A DNA stretch of 62,814 nucleotides, the filler included, from Phoronis australis (Eukaryota > Animalia > Phoronida), in NCBI GenBank assembly GCA_002633005.1. It is 8 parts of 8 records of this genome, joined end to end, with 100 filler letters (N's around TTAATTAATTAA, not from the genome) between each part and the next. Parts side by side here need not be neighbours in the genome. Positions count along the whole stretch, not along the records: positions 1 to 24,592 come from NMRA01001358.1; 7 more parts are not named here. One strand, 5' to 3'. A program made the translations under genes and the position numbers. This document shows positions 1 to 12,826 of this stretch, piece by piece (positions within the stretch are counted from its first letter, which is position 1; each line of letters starts with the position of its first letter). Below the pieces are notes generated by a model. It was not told the DNA's origin. It was given only the letters and a program-made list of their open reading frames with translations, and searched no databases.

Positions 1-375
1 CACTGTGCAATGGATAAAATTTACTTCATTTTTTAGAGAAAATGAAACCTGAGTGACGATGAAAAAACAGAAGCTGCGGGTAAGATGTGAAATTTAATCG
101 AAGCCTATGTGAATCACTCAGAAACTCATTAATTCTCTCTTTGTCAAACCTTAACTTAAGACGATTTCCAAAGCAATCCCGTCATTATTGCCAACACGAA
201 AAACGGATTTGGTTTTTTGGGCATTTGAACACTATTTTAAATACAACAAATTTGTTAAGAACCGATTGCACAAAATATAAAATGTGTAATAAGCATTACA
301 AAAAGAAGAAGGTTTCGCGCGCAAACGCTGTGGACCATAAACAAGTAGGTCTCTTACTTTCTATTATGTAGTGAA

Positions 376-436
376 GGCGTGATGGTGTAGTGGCAAAGCA
401 CGCGCGTCTTGTCAGCCAGGTCGTGAGTTCGAGTCT
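376..436 (+). repeat. tRNA-derived (SINE-like) head
   Basis: A-box-like TGGTGTAGTGG and B-box-like GTTCGAGTC at tRNA spacing; no complete cloverleaf. Confidence 0.4.
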
Positions 437-1029
437 GTGAAACGTGCAATTTTGCCTGTGTGACACATTCTCCGTGTTTTTTTTTTCCCTTTTTTTCTTG
501 GATAATACATCAGAAATCAAGGAAAATGCTTGATTTTTAGAGGAAAAAACAGAAAAATTTCCTGGGCGGGAGGGGGCAAACCCCCCTCCCGACCTCCCCC
601 CATTCGGTGCTGTGCGCATCTACAATCGTGGTTTGCGCAAATGCTTACAGCCGGAAAAAATGTTGGGCCCCCCNATCCGCCACTGGGTGACTCCCAATGA
701 GTTGCGAATCCTGACCCATTACGTCTTTTGACCCGTTATTTCTCTTTTAACACGTTACGTCAAAATGATACAGTGGGTTGAGGGTCTTGATCAATTGTCG
801 CCTTTGGCCCATTGTGTCGGTACTGTGATCCATTACGCAACTTATGACGTGACAGAAGTAACATAGGTCAGAACAGGCTTGATTTCGTGGGAGTGTCGCA
901 CAGACTTATGATGTGCGTGTCCCATGAGCATGGTTGAGCTATTCTTGAAATGGAGTAACAGATGTAGGTTATAATGTGTGCAAATACTCCCTTTGAGATT
1001 TTAGGAAATATCGAAACTTGTTATAGAGA

Positions 1030-1200
1030 TCATCAAAACGCACTTACACTGGGACTAAATGAATCCTACGCCGAGATATCTCACGCCTCAATCAAGTTCA
1101 TTCCTCAGAAAGAACAGAAATCAGAATGTTAAAAATTATAATCACGTCTCAACTCAGGCCATTAACATGTCGGCATTACAAGTTATTCAAATTTGGGTAG
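1030..1200 (+). repeat. Dispersed repeat, second direct copy at ~5395-5570
   Basis: Both copies share CAAAACGCAC...TTCCTCAGAA(A/G)GAACAGAAATCAGAATGT...CAAGTTATTCAAATTTGGGTA. Confidence 0.8.
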
Positions 1201-4200
1201 CAGAGTACGTTCACAGTGTCCCTACATTTTAAGAACCAGTTTGGCCCTGCTGATTAACAGGCATCAAACTGGTTCTCAAAATGCGGCTATTTCCCCGGTG
1301 CTTTTTGATGCAAAAAGATACAGTATGCGAGGTTAGGACTGTTCGTTCTCAATGACATAGTCTTGGGGAAATGTAGCGATGAAAGCGTGCCCGCCTTAGG
1401 TCAAACATAATAAAAGAACCAGAACTGGGGAAATGGTTATTTTCGATGAATAACTACGCTGCAACTGTGGGTGCGCATTGTAATCGGCAGTTCATTTAAC
1501 AATTGGTTGGGTGGCACTCCTTGAGGCTGGTAAAGGTAATTCAGCTGGGAAACCAACCTGCTTGGACAAGCTACACATGTAGACCACACGTACTATACAA
1601 CTTGTGTTTAAAATGCTGGGTTTCGTGTAGCCTGGGAGTAGGTGTAGCCTACACTTGGTATATTCTTACTAAACAAAACCGCGTAACTTTCCCAAAATCT
1701 TACTCTGAATAACATTTATAATCGTGTGACACTTATGAGTTGTTGAACTTGGAATGTGATAAAAATGCTTCTTGATAATGTCTCACCGTATTACACTCCG
1801 TGGATTTTCGTTTTGGGATGCTTTTCAATCATAATGTACAGACTTGCTGATGCGAAACGATCTGATACATGTAGATCGTCTTAAATGTCCCCAAATGTGA
1901 CATCTTTGAGGATATACAGGATCTTCCGAAAAGGTTCAACCACTTCAGTACAACTCTTGTAGTTCAAATATAGTTCCCGTGAATCAGACCGACACGGACC
2001 TCTTGTTTGGTTAAACCTTGCAGTAAAAGTATGTGTGTGAGCCTTGATTCATATTATATGCACGAAGATGGCAAACAAGCGACTCAGTTTTGGAGAGCAA
2101 TATTTGTTTCGCTTTATTGTAACTAAACAAAATAAAACTAATCGACAAGTTGTTACGTATCTTATACAAGCACACTCACACACTCACTCATGGGCCTCGC
2201 AAGACTTGAACGTTAAAGGTTAATCAACACATAAAAGATTCATAGGAGTGCTCCTATTTTTCAAATTAGAATACTCGCCATTTTTGTAGAATATGTATTT
2301 TTATGTTTAATAATACTCAATTTTTTCTGTTCTTAAGTATTTGACTCAATGCTTAATCTCCATTAACCTCTGGAGGTATGAATGATATTTGCCAAAAATC
2401 AAGATTAAATTCAGTACATCTGAGTATGAAAACTTGCCGCAGGTAAAAGCCTGGCATGGAAGACTCTGAGAGTTGGACTCATTCGCCTTTCGTACATTGC
2501 GTCATAAGAGAAATGCCTTAAAGGAACATTGTCGGTATTACAGGTGAAAAACGCTTATATACCTCTCGAAATTATTACCTTCATCAGAGCTCTAAAACAG
2601 CAAAATATGTGGTTTTAGAACACATTTTCACTTGCATTAAACATTATTTCAGGCCGCTGACACATTTCAAGGTGTTCCTAAAACGTTTTTTGTTTTTGTT
2701 TTTTACCTCACGTCCTGAGATGAGTAGGTAGGTCAGTAAAATAGTTTAATTTTCCCCTTTTAATTGTCGGGAGGCGTTCATTTTCGTCTCAAATATTTTC
2801 GTATGTCAAATTGAAAGTGAAATACGTTGGGTCGGGCGTCTTTTTACAACCGTGTCGCGCGTGGGCGAATTACAAACTTGTTTTTATTTTACGCCTTCTT
2901 CAATACCAACTGTTTCTACATTTAAATAAATCGTAAAAATACAGCCAGTTTACTGTTGATACGAAGTTCCTTTCAGATACTGTAAGTCGCATTTAAAAGT
3001 GTTTCCCTGAAAAATGTTCAGTTTTCTGTACTAATCACCTGCTACCCCCGCTTTGTCGGTAATTTCATTCATTTAGTAGATTTCCTCGCATCTTTAGTAT
3101 TCATGTGTTTTTGTTCTAATATGTTTCTGTAAGTCACTTTATCCTATACACGTGATAGTATGGCCATGAAATACGGGTCGTATTGTTTTGATATGGAAGA
3201 ACTACCTATTCCTTCTTTCTCGCCAAAAGTCCCTCCTGTGCACACAATACGCTACAATCAATTGAAACATGATTGTATATATACATATATATAGCAACAC
3301 TTTGGGTTCAGCTCCGTGCGCAATATTTTCACATGCCAATACTATGATAAGCGTTTTTAAAGGTAAACAAAAAAGTGAAATAAAAATATTGTTGACTATT
3401 TTTCTTGATATATCGTGAAACTTTGCACCTGAACAGAACATTTAAATCACAAAAAGTCTGAAACTTGCCACAAGCAATAAACATTGTACTACACCAGATG
3501 AGGTTCTCTATGGTCAAATATGAGGCAGCTTTTAAATTCGTTCTCAAAACAAAAAATACGTCGAGCCCAAAAGCCAAACTGCATCTGCCGTAAACACTGT
3601 ATTTTTGTCAACTTTGTGATAAAGTTTTGAATAATTTCGACCTAAAAATGATATGAACCGCGCGCAATGACCATTTTTAAGAAGCGTCTGAACGTGCATG
3701 AGCCAAAACATCTGGGTGACCTGCACAGATATTACTCAACGAAGTCAAGAACAATCTTCAGAAATGTAGGCAAATTTTAACTTAGAAATAGATTTAACTC
3801 AAGCTCTGACGAATATACTGAAAATGGTAGATATGCGCCCCAAGCCTGTAGCTGTTTTAAAACGCAATTGAACTGCCGTGTCCTGCAGGCTGCAAAAATT
3901 CATGCATAAAAATATTGCGTGCACGTATACGTCTCAGGTGATCAGCGATCATAATTGATAAAAGATGACAAACGACACTAAAACAAGCAGAGCAATCTGT
4001 GTAAACCAGCTTCTTTAAAGAATCCTCAGCAGCGCTTCGTCCTCGTTCAAATGTCTCGAATCTCGATATAATAACCGCTGGTACAAACACGTACGTTGCA
4101 TAAACTATATACATATATATCGCACTAAATCCAGTTTTTGAACCCAAATTCCATTCATCCGGCAGCCTATGCTACATTAGCTTCCACACAACAACGTAGC

Positions 4201-5847
4201 GGGCCGTGGGCGTGTACCGTCTCGTTCTATTTACCTTTTTACGCACACAAATTTCCAGGTTATGTCCCCTGTGCATGAATAATTTCTAAACAAGTGGTGC
4301 TGAAGTTTGGAAGCCATTGGCTGTACTTTGACGCCGGTTCCGTCGGATTAACCGACTAAGACATCTGATTGGTTTGTAACACATTAGTGTATCTGAGACG
4401 GTTGTGTATTCTAGAAGGTCTTGTTCTGCATAGCATTTTATAGTTAGCTGTAGATGTAATTTTTAGTTCATACACGGAATAATTTTTGATAACAATAAAA
4501 ATGGTACTGAAGTCAACTATTTGTCTCATTTGGTTCACACAAAAACAATAATCGGGACAGAATGGATTGTGTTGCTTTTTTAAATATTCATCATGCCTTT
4601 CAGGGAAAGTCGAGTGTTCTTTAACGACTTTCATTCGGTAACGTAACATGGACTCCTATTTTTTGTTGTTGACGCCGATTTTGGGCCAATGTCAAAGCCC
4701 TGCGTCCAGAGTAATACTCCAGTTTTAAGGGATGGGATGAGCCGCCCGAAAATCAAGATACCCTTGGAAGTAGAAAAGTTATGATCTTTCCATAAAAAAC
4801 CACCCTTCGGTAGAGAAATTTCCCCCGGAATATCCCCAGGATTGAGAGGAAAGCCAAACTTGAGTACATTAATTCTAGGGCCCCAATTATCGATAATTCG
4901 CCACTGGTGTTAACTAAACCAAAAAACACAATACTGTCACGCAAAGTCTGTCCACTATCGCTTACTATGAACAACACCGTTGAAAAAAATAAACCAACTG
5001 ACACTTGTTCAACGAGTTGACACGTTTTCAACAGCGGCTATGGACGAAAAGTTAACCACTGATCAATTTTCACTGACGTTGAAAAAGTGGCCCGGGTCAT
5101 TTTTCCACGGGGGTCAGGTCGCTGGAGGGCTTATGTCTGGTGCCATGCTGCAAGTAGCTCTCTATTATGTGACGAGTTATTTTCAATGTAATGTCCTTTG
5201 TTCTGTAACAAAATAGCAATATGTTGGCTAATCTCTACAGAGCTCAATATTACCGTGGCATGTGTGAATGAGTCGGCAAACTGGGACCAGCAACATCAAT
5301 TCGTCTACAAGACTTCGTCGTCTCCGTGACATCGTCATTCCGACCCGCGAGACCTATCCACTCGTTTTCCCCCAGAAACTATCAACTGGTTTTCGAGATC
5401 GTCAAAACGCACCTACATTAGGACTAACTGTATCCAATGATAGGACAACTCACGTCGCGATCAAGTTGATTCCTCAGAAGGAACAGAAATCAGAATGTCA
5501 AAAAGTATAACCTCGTACCAACTCAGGTCATTAAGATGACGTCGTTGCAAGTTATTCAAATTTGGGTAACAGACAAATACCAATTGATAGTTGCTTATTA
5601 GTCTGTGATTGATTTAATACGTTGGGCGAGACAGCCCGAAAGAATCTTGTAGCTAGTACTAAAAGGGAGATAGAGCGCCAATAGCCAAGATGCCCTCTTG
5701 GTTTTTTCCCTTTAGGAATAACAGAAATTGCATCTTGATGTTGGCTATCAGGTAAGCAGCCCAATTCGAAACTTCTATTGAACGAGCTCACCATAAGACA
5801 GAGATGTATATACAAAAAATTGAAAAACAAGTATAAGAAGCCACCAG

Positions 5848-6078
5848 TGTAATGGCTTGTGGAGAGACTGGGGTGAAGAAGACGTCTTTACTTGAACACT
5901 ACTTTATTGCGGACTGACTAACTACTGTACAACAACATGTTTTTGCAATACACAAGACCACATGCATACGAGTCACATTTCATAGAACTGTTTGGCAACA
6001 TTTATATAATAAACCATTCTAACTAATTGTGCCATATAAGGTAAGTGTAGTTTCAGTACAAATCATAATACTATTACA
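5848..6078 (-). mobile_element. Solo LTR (231 bp) inserted in the LINE
   Basis: TGTAAT...ATTACA termini; 5-bp TSD ACCAG at 5843-5847 and 6079-6083; AATAAA on minus strand; splits the LINE KTPGP.GF motif. Confidence 0.85.
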
Positions 6079-6453
6079 ACCAGGACCTGGCGTTTTGTTG
6101 TTTTTGTTGTATTATCGCAACGTCTCGAGAGCTTCCTTGATTGAAATTTCTTTCTCGAGCGCATCGCGTTCGTGACCTGTGAACTTGAGATCCCTTGTAG
6201 CCAACACATCGCGAGATCTTATAACGTGGCTCGTAATGAGACCCTATCGAAGATTTTCTAACTCTTTATCTGTCTGTTTGAGGATTTCCTCAAATAACTG
6301 AGAGTGGCTATTTTGCTTTAACTCCAATGGAAAACGTCTTTCGTATTCTAAAAGCACCACTTATTTGTTACGTTGGGCCGATTTCTTTTACAAGAATAAA
6401 TTGTTTCACTTCTAACTTTCATTAAACACAATTTTCACATTTCCCGCCATGTG

Positions 6454-7133
6454 ACGTCATGGGTTGAACACAAGCGATCAGTGACTAGCATTGAACAAAA
6501 GCGGAGAGCAGGGAATTTAAAAGCGACGCGACGATTATGAGCAAGAATTGAACGAATACTGTGAAGAAACGTATGGGAATGGTGGCCAGGATGAGGAAAT
6601 GGGGTTGCACGAAAGCGAGAACAAGTTTAATGTGCTTCCGGCTGCGTACTTTTCTACTTTGAGCCTTACTAACTGGATCCTCCCGCGAGAGAAGCGGCCT
6701 CGGGCTCGGCAAGTCAACCCAGTCATCCAAAAGACGATCCTGAATTAAGAGCTGCAGATGTTTCTGAATGATAAATATTATCCTTTATTGAGCCAGGCCT
6801 TCATCGTAACGTCTCCTGTGACTGGAGTCGAAACACGAGTCCTCAAAGTGGGCAGAACACAGAGTGGCCCCGGACCCAATCGCTTGGTCCACGATGACGT
6901 CCCACACTCTCGTTCGGCGCACGAAGCGATGCCACTTCTGCGCAACTTTGGTGTCCTTCGCAACACCAAGACGTTCTCCGCCTGGCTGATGTTGCTGAAG
7001 CCTCCGGAAACACATCTTTTGATCCCTATACGAACCTTCTCGACGCTAAATGTACTTTGCTTTCTCTTCACTCTATACACTTTGTCTCTGATCCGAACAG
7101 TATGGCGAACGACTTAGGTTCAACCCATGACGT
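6454..7133 (-). mobile_element. Non-autonomous DNA transposon remnant with frameshifted THAP domain
   Basis: Perfect 16-bp inverted repeat ACGTCATGGGTTGAAC (6454-6469 / 7118-7133); minus-strand KRCVSGGFSN...(fs)KDTKVAQKWHRFVRRTR...LCSAHFEDSCF THAP signature; outer ends uncertain. Confidence 0.7.
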
Positions 7134-7730
7134 AGTACATAATTATTATTTTTTTCAATTTTTGCGTGTTTCTTTATGAGCCGTGCACTAAAGGCACTGA
7201 AATCAAGTAAGATATAATAATAAAATTTATTTTGAGGTACTAGAGTCATGTTGTGTACACTTTAATGATACTTCGAAAAATGAAGCGTCGTCAATGTAAA
7301 ACTGTATCTCATGATGAGGAATAGCCGATAAGTTATCCTTCTTGTTATAAATAATTATCTCGTATTCCTCGATTACGTTGATTATGGTTTTCTTTACCAA
7401 GTGAACAAAATCCGTATCCGATAATAGACAGCAATTAAATCTCCACAAGACCCCGCCTATAAAGAAATTTGTTACTAAGAAAATGAGGCTTACACTTAGA
7501 TGATCAGTTCCAATCTATAGCCTGAATAAATGCCAGATGACTCCAACAAACCACACATTTCTTCTGATACAAGGACAAAATCTACTCTAGCTTTCTTCAC
7601 CATGTCAGACCTCTTCCAAGTAATTTGCTTTGCAACAAGGTAATGAAGACGCCAGGGATCTACTAAATTGAATCTAGAAGATAGATTAATCATTATGTCT
7701 CTGACCTGTGGTTTTTGAGGCGTACGTTAA

Positions 7731-8574
7731 GCTATGGTCACAACCCGCCGTGCGTGTTTATTGTTCGTACGTTTTCTGCGGACGCCACGGGCACCACGTT
7801 TTTCTGAAAACGTGAGTAGGGAGTGGCAAGCGCAGGGAGGACGTACGTCAACGCACGTCACCCGTAAGGTGTAAGTGCGTGACACGTACGGCACGCCTGG
7901 CCGTGGGCGGCAGCTTTCAGCATACGTTGCGCACGTGGTAAGTGAGTTGTGCGTGCGTGTATCGTGCTTACCACGTACAATCTCCGTGCGATTGCCACGT
8001 TGTCGTACGGAGGCCGTACGTACACATGCAGCTGACGCACGCTTTCCTTACTCACTCGTACGTTGTAAGTGCGTGCAAGTACAATGAACGTGAGTTTTTT
8101 TTCGCTTGCTGTCGGGTAGGTATATATATGTCAATCTTCCGAGGTTTTCTAGATGTCCTAGCTCCTGCTGACTAAAGATGCCGCCAATTATTTCCAAGAG
8201 ACTCATAATTCAGATGCTGCAAAAGCAGGTTCAAGTTGCAGCTCATGAAGATGACTTAGTGCCAAGTGCGCCATCCACAGGCAAAGGGACCGTTGAGAAA
8301 GTTTTAAAGACTCACGGCGTCAGTGCGTTGTGGGGTCGTTGGCTGTGCAGGGCACGCACGTCACACGTACTGCCGTGAATCTGTAATGCGAACGCAGCTT
8401 GCACGCAGAGAAAGTTCTGCATGCACTAAAAGTGCTACGTCGTGTCTGCGTTCTCCTGCGTATTCACCAAAACGCACGGAGGCCGTACTTGCCACGTACG
8501 GATCGCCAAATTTCCCCCACGTTTTTACACGTAGACAGCACGCACTTGCACGTACGGCGGGTTGTGACCAAGGC
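7731..8574. mobile_element. Non-autonomous TIR element (Harbinger-like or TTAA-type)
   Basis: ~27-bp TIR GC(TA/CT)TGGTCACAACCCGCCGT(G/A)CGTG; TTAA on both flanks (7727-7730, 8575-8578); CpG/ACGT-rich interior. Confidence 0.8.
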
Positions 8575-9031
8575 TTAATATAAACAACTTCAGGCCCGTA
8601 GCCAGCATTGCGCGGTGGTTGGTTCGAATTTCTGGTACGGTGGACTTTGATATTTTTACAAACGTCGACACTTTAGAGTTTTCGGTAAGGCCCTTGACGC
8701 AGTTTCACTAGGAGGAGGGAAATCTATATACACATCGACGACCCTCAGCTCTATGTTCCCAACAGATCAGACGGAATTCGTAATACCTGAAATGAGGATG
8801 CCCTAACGATTGGTAACAAAGAACGAGACCCAAATTCGGATGTAATGTGGTCCAGAAAGAGAATGTTCCCGCGTTACCCCCCTGCCAAACTTTCAAACCG
8901 GGCGTGCTTATAAATGAGTGATTACACCTCATACATACTCGGTCGGAAATGTTTAATCCAAGCGTGATCGACTTGAATATTTTGATCTGGTTGTATTTTG
9001 CGTGTTACTTAACTTCCTTACATCGCTGAAA

Positions 9032-9868
9032 ATGGGAACAGCCCAGTATTCCATAGGTTCACTTCTCTGAAGGTTCACTATTCTGAAGGTTCACTACTCC
9101 GAAAGGATCTAAAATTTCGGACTTGGGTGTATCAGGCATCCCCTTTACCTGCAGAAATAAACGACACTTCGGTTATTAGATGCACTAGGTGGTGTACGTA
9201 TGCTGAAACAACGCCCGGATTTCATGCGCATGGGAAATTGCCCGCATGTCTTTTGAATACGAAAAATGAGTACGTAATGAGATTTTTTTGATGAATTATC
9301 AACCACGGTACATTCATCAAATCCATGCAAGGTCGCATCAGTTCACAGCGTGACTGAGCTAGTTTAGGGCTGTTGCCCCTCAAACTCACCCATCGGAACC
9401 ACGCGCGTGGCCATGTCGAAACTAAATGTAGTTAGTTGGCTACCCTGTCCCTGCCAGTCTTCACGAAGTCGGAGAGTCCCGTCTTAAATTTAAAATTGCG
9501 GCTATTGGTTGCTGAAGTCTTGACCTGATGTTGTCCCTGTTTCAGACTGAATGAGTTGTTAGTTATATTGAAGATTCACGATTGGCAGTGATTGGAACTG
9601 AGCTCATTTGTAAACAGTGTAATCAATGTTTTAAGAACTATTCAACTTTGTACGTCCTTTAAATAGTTACTAAATGGGCACTTTTCTCATGTCAGTTCCA
9701 ACTCGTTAGCACACAAGGCATAGTAATGAACTGTCGGAGTTTTGGTTTCGGAATTGTGGACATTCGAAGTAGAGTGAACTTTCGAAGGAAGCGAACCTTC
9801 GCAGTAACTTCGGAGTAGTCGACTTTTTTTGGAGTGATGAACATTCGGAATAGTGACATGTAACCTTG
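9032..9868. mobile_element. MITE-like element with inverted 16-bp subterminal repeats; same family as 53133-54270
   Basis: Left end ATGGGAACAG then GAAGGTTCACT repeats; right end has reverse-complement repeats ending TTCGGAATAGTGACATGTAACC. Confidence 0.55.
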
Positions 9869-10973
9869 GAAATATTTTCCGCCAAGTTTTTTGCTCGTAT
9901 GACGCACTGATTGACAAGAGAAGACTTTCTTCATTGACCAAAGTTTATATTAGGTCTAGACCTACTTTTCCGTAATAATATGAACATGTTCATCGGGGTT
10001 TTCATAGTGCAAGAAAATACGGTAGTTCATGTGGGTGCAGCACTGACAAAGGTGAGGCCTATATCCCCGTGTGGTGCACTGCCCCCCGGCATAGACCATG
10101 GGCGGCGCAGCACTGAAGAAATTGGGGACTATAGCCCCCTAATCCCTTATGGTGCGCCGCCCATGTAGTTAACTGTCTGATTTTTGAGCAACGACGGAGG
10201 ACTATAGTGAATTTAATTATCATAGGCGAGTATTGAATTTAAAGAATGGAAACGCACACACGTGCATACGCATGCATGTGATCCACAACCAAAGTGGCCG
10301 GAAATTTGTAAATGTCTGCACTTTACCGCACTCTGACACTATCAAAATAGCAGATAAACCTACTTTTTGCTATATTGTTTCTTGGTCGATTTTAAGACTT
10401 TCACACGGAACTACCTTTTTGGGAACTCTCTCGCTGCTATATAGCCTATTTAGGTATAGACATTTACTTCTGGACTCCTGTGTTGCCCTATGTTGTAGCC
10501 ACCACGCGCGTTCAATACAAAATAAAGCAGCAAAAGTGAAGCGGGGAGGAAACTTGTGACTGAGTTCGAGTTTGGACCGGTAGCGGACGAGGGGGGGAAA
10601 CACGTTTTGTTTTATTTTTTTAGTCCAACGACAGATTTCCTGAGCAGAAGGTATACATCCTCGGCGCCCGCAACTTCCGGGCCGCCTGCGTGCATACAAT
10701 CGCGCTTTACCCGCTTCTCCGAGGATGTCGGTCCCCCCTCACTAGGCCTATATGGTATCCTAGATCAGCCACTGAAAATGCTACTTGAGACAGAGCTATG
10801 AGAGCTTGCAAAAGGGCGGGGTGCTATTGATGGTGATCGGGAGGTCAGTAGAGTTTTCACTGACCCGTCACTCGGCGAAACGTTCCCCTCTCAGAAGGCC
10901 GCACACACATGAGGCACCTTTCCTCTCGGATATGAACGAGGCCTCTGAAGAAACGTGATAACTATGCTTGTTC

Positions 10974-11136
10974 CAGGGGAGATCCAGGACTTTGAGTTGG
11001 GGGGGCAAGGCAGAGTATTAGCCAGGATTTTGCCCGTCAGAAATTCGCGCTCCTGAACTGCCAAATGGAATCTAGGAGAATTTTAGGCCGGGGGGCTAGG
11101 GCATAGCCCCTTGGCTCCCCTCTAAATCCGCCACTG
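10974..11136. mobile_element. hAT-like MITE with 5-bp TSD
   Basis: CAGGGGAGATCC...AATCCGCCACTG; TSD TGTTC on both sides. Confidence 0.85.
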
Positions 11137-12118
11137 TGTTCTGTCCAGTTAACTGAAATTGAGCTCTAAAACGAGGTTATGATTTGGACGAAATAATTAG
11201 GTGTTTTAATTTTAAAATTCAACTTGGTCGAGATTGATATTTGAAAAATGTACATGAAATAGACGTAATTATTAAAACCAAGAAAGCAGAATTGATGGTC
11301 ATATAATTTTTATTTTCATTTGCTAGCCTAGTTTTTATCGTAATCAAAATATATATTTAATAACCTCAAGTATTATTTCAGATCCGTGACAAATTCACTG
11401 TTAGTCCCGGTAGTGCCTACCTGACCAGGACCTAGGCTATGCTTGAAGCTAATAGGCCTACTCTTGATCAACAAATTAAACCAGATGAGACTATAATTGC
11501 ACATGACAGCAAAATGCTATGAGCCACCACTGTCGAATATATCTTGAACTCGTCAACAATACGACCAGATGACCTGGTTCGTGTAGAAAGCATTTTTATC
11601 AAGAATTTATTAGGAGGAACGTAACCCTGCATTCAGCATGATACCTGATCCGTAACACTACGATCGCCGCAATTTGGTCATGTTTACTTTTCATGTTTCG
11701 AACCTATAGTTTCCCGGAAAAAACTATATCCTTTCATCAGACAACTCTTTGGTGCATTGACTTGTTCTTTAACTGTATTTTCTACGTCTCTGTGGTTAAT
11801 TTTTGATACATTTTTTAAGATTTAATATTCAGGTTGGACTCCAAACACCGGCCATTTAACTCACGCAATGTAAATTTCCACTTTGTTTATAGCAGTGAGC
11901 CTCGCTTTGGATTTTAATGTCCGCCGCGTGAATAGAGTCTATATGAATACGGAAGCACGGCAGTCATTCAAAAGAAGACCCGTGGTACTGAGCGGTTTGT
12001 TGCCTAAGGCTCTATACGATCTTTGGAAAGGCTAGAGGCTCGTGGTTGGGTGTGACATACGAGCCCAGTTCTGGTTTGTATCAAATTTCACACTGGCCTA
12101 TGAACGCTGTACGTAACC

Positions 12119-12826
12119 ATGTCTACCGTTGAGAAAAAAGCAACAATTGTTGAGTTATTGGTGAGTTTTGCCATTGGTCACGTAGGTGCCGTACTCTATG
12201 ATTGTGTTATAACCGAGTTGCCTATCCTAGTGCAGAGACTACCCGAATATTGGGACTTGCCCGTGATTTTGTCGTTTGAGTACACTGTAGTTAGCGCGCT
12301 TGGGTCGGGAATTGTTTTAGCACTGATGAAGTTAACGACTGTCATTGAGGTTCTTCACAGACACAGACCGGCGCTGCTGTTAAGTTTGGTGATTCTCAAG
12401 GTAATTCTTTTAATTTTAATGACGGCTTTCTGGGACAGCACATCAACAGTTTACGGCATAATGTACAGCATCGCGTTTCAAATCATCTGGGTTTTGATGC
12501 TTTCGGTAATGGTCTTAGACTTTCTATTCGGTCTACCATATGTTGGTACGTTTTCTCCAAGCTGTGTGACTGCATTCTACTTTGGAATGAGTTGCGGTGG
12601 CACCATCTACGGACTCATCACGCTTTTGCAAGGCGCTGGTGAATTTGACTGCGTCAATAAAACGCAAAATGCAATACAGTCTTTTATGAACTTAAAGACT
12701 AGCGAGTCCACTGACAATCCGAAAGACTGGAATAATAGCTTGGATCTGAAAGACCGGCAAGAAAATGTTGTTTTTAGACCGCCGTTGTTTACCGTGGAGA
12801 CCTATTTTGGCATTGTAATAGCCAAT
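12119..12826 (+). CDS. SLC52 (riboflavin transporter family)-like gene, 5' part of a transposon-disrupted exon
   Basis: Multi-TM ORF with ELPILVQRLPEYWDLP (cf. ELPLLV..LPEGW.LP), LLQGAG and PPLFTVETYF motifs; ends at transposon TSD. Confidence 0.8.

Larger units (their letters stand above)
5560..7720 (-). mobile_element. Decayed L1/Tx1-clade LINE ORF2 fragment (endonuclease end to RT start), interrupted by two insertions
   Basis: Minus-strand motifs in expected order: DPWR...ITWK...KARVDFVLVSE, WRFNCCLLSD, KTPGPG/GF, ISVIPKGKKPRGHLGYWRSISLL (cf. IPK...L.NWRPISLLN); frameshifted. Confidence 0.85.
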
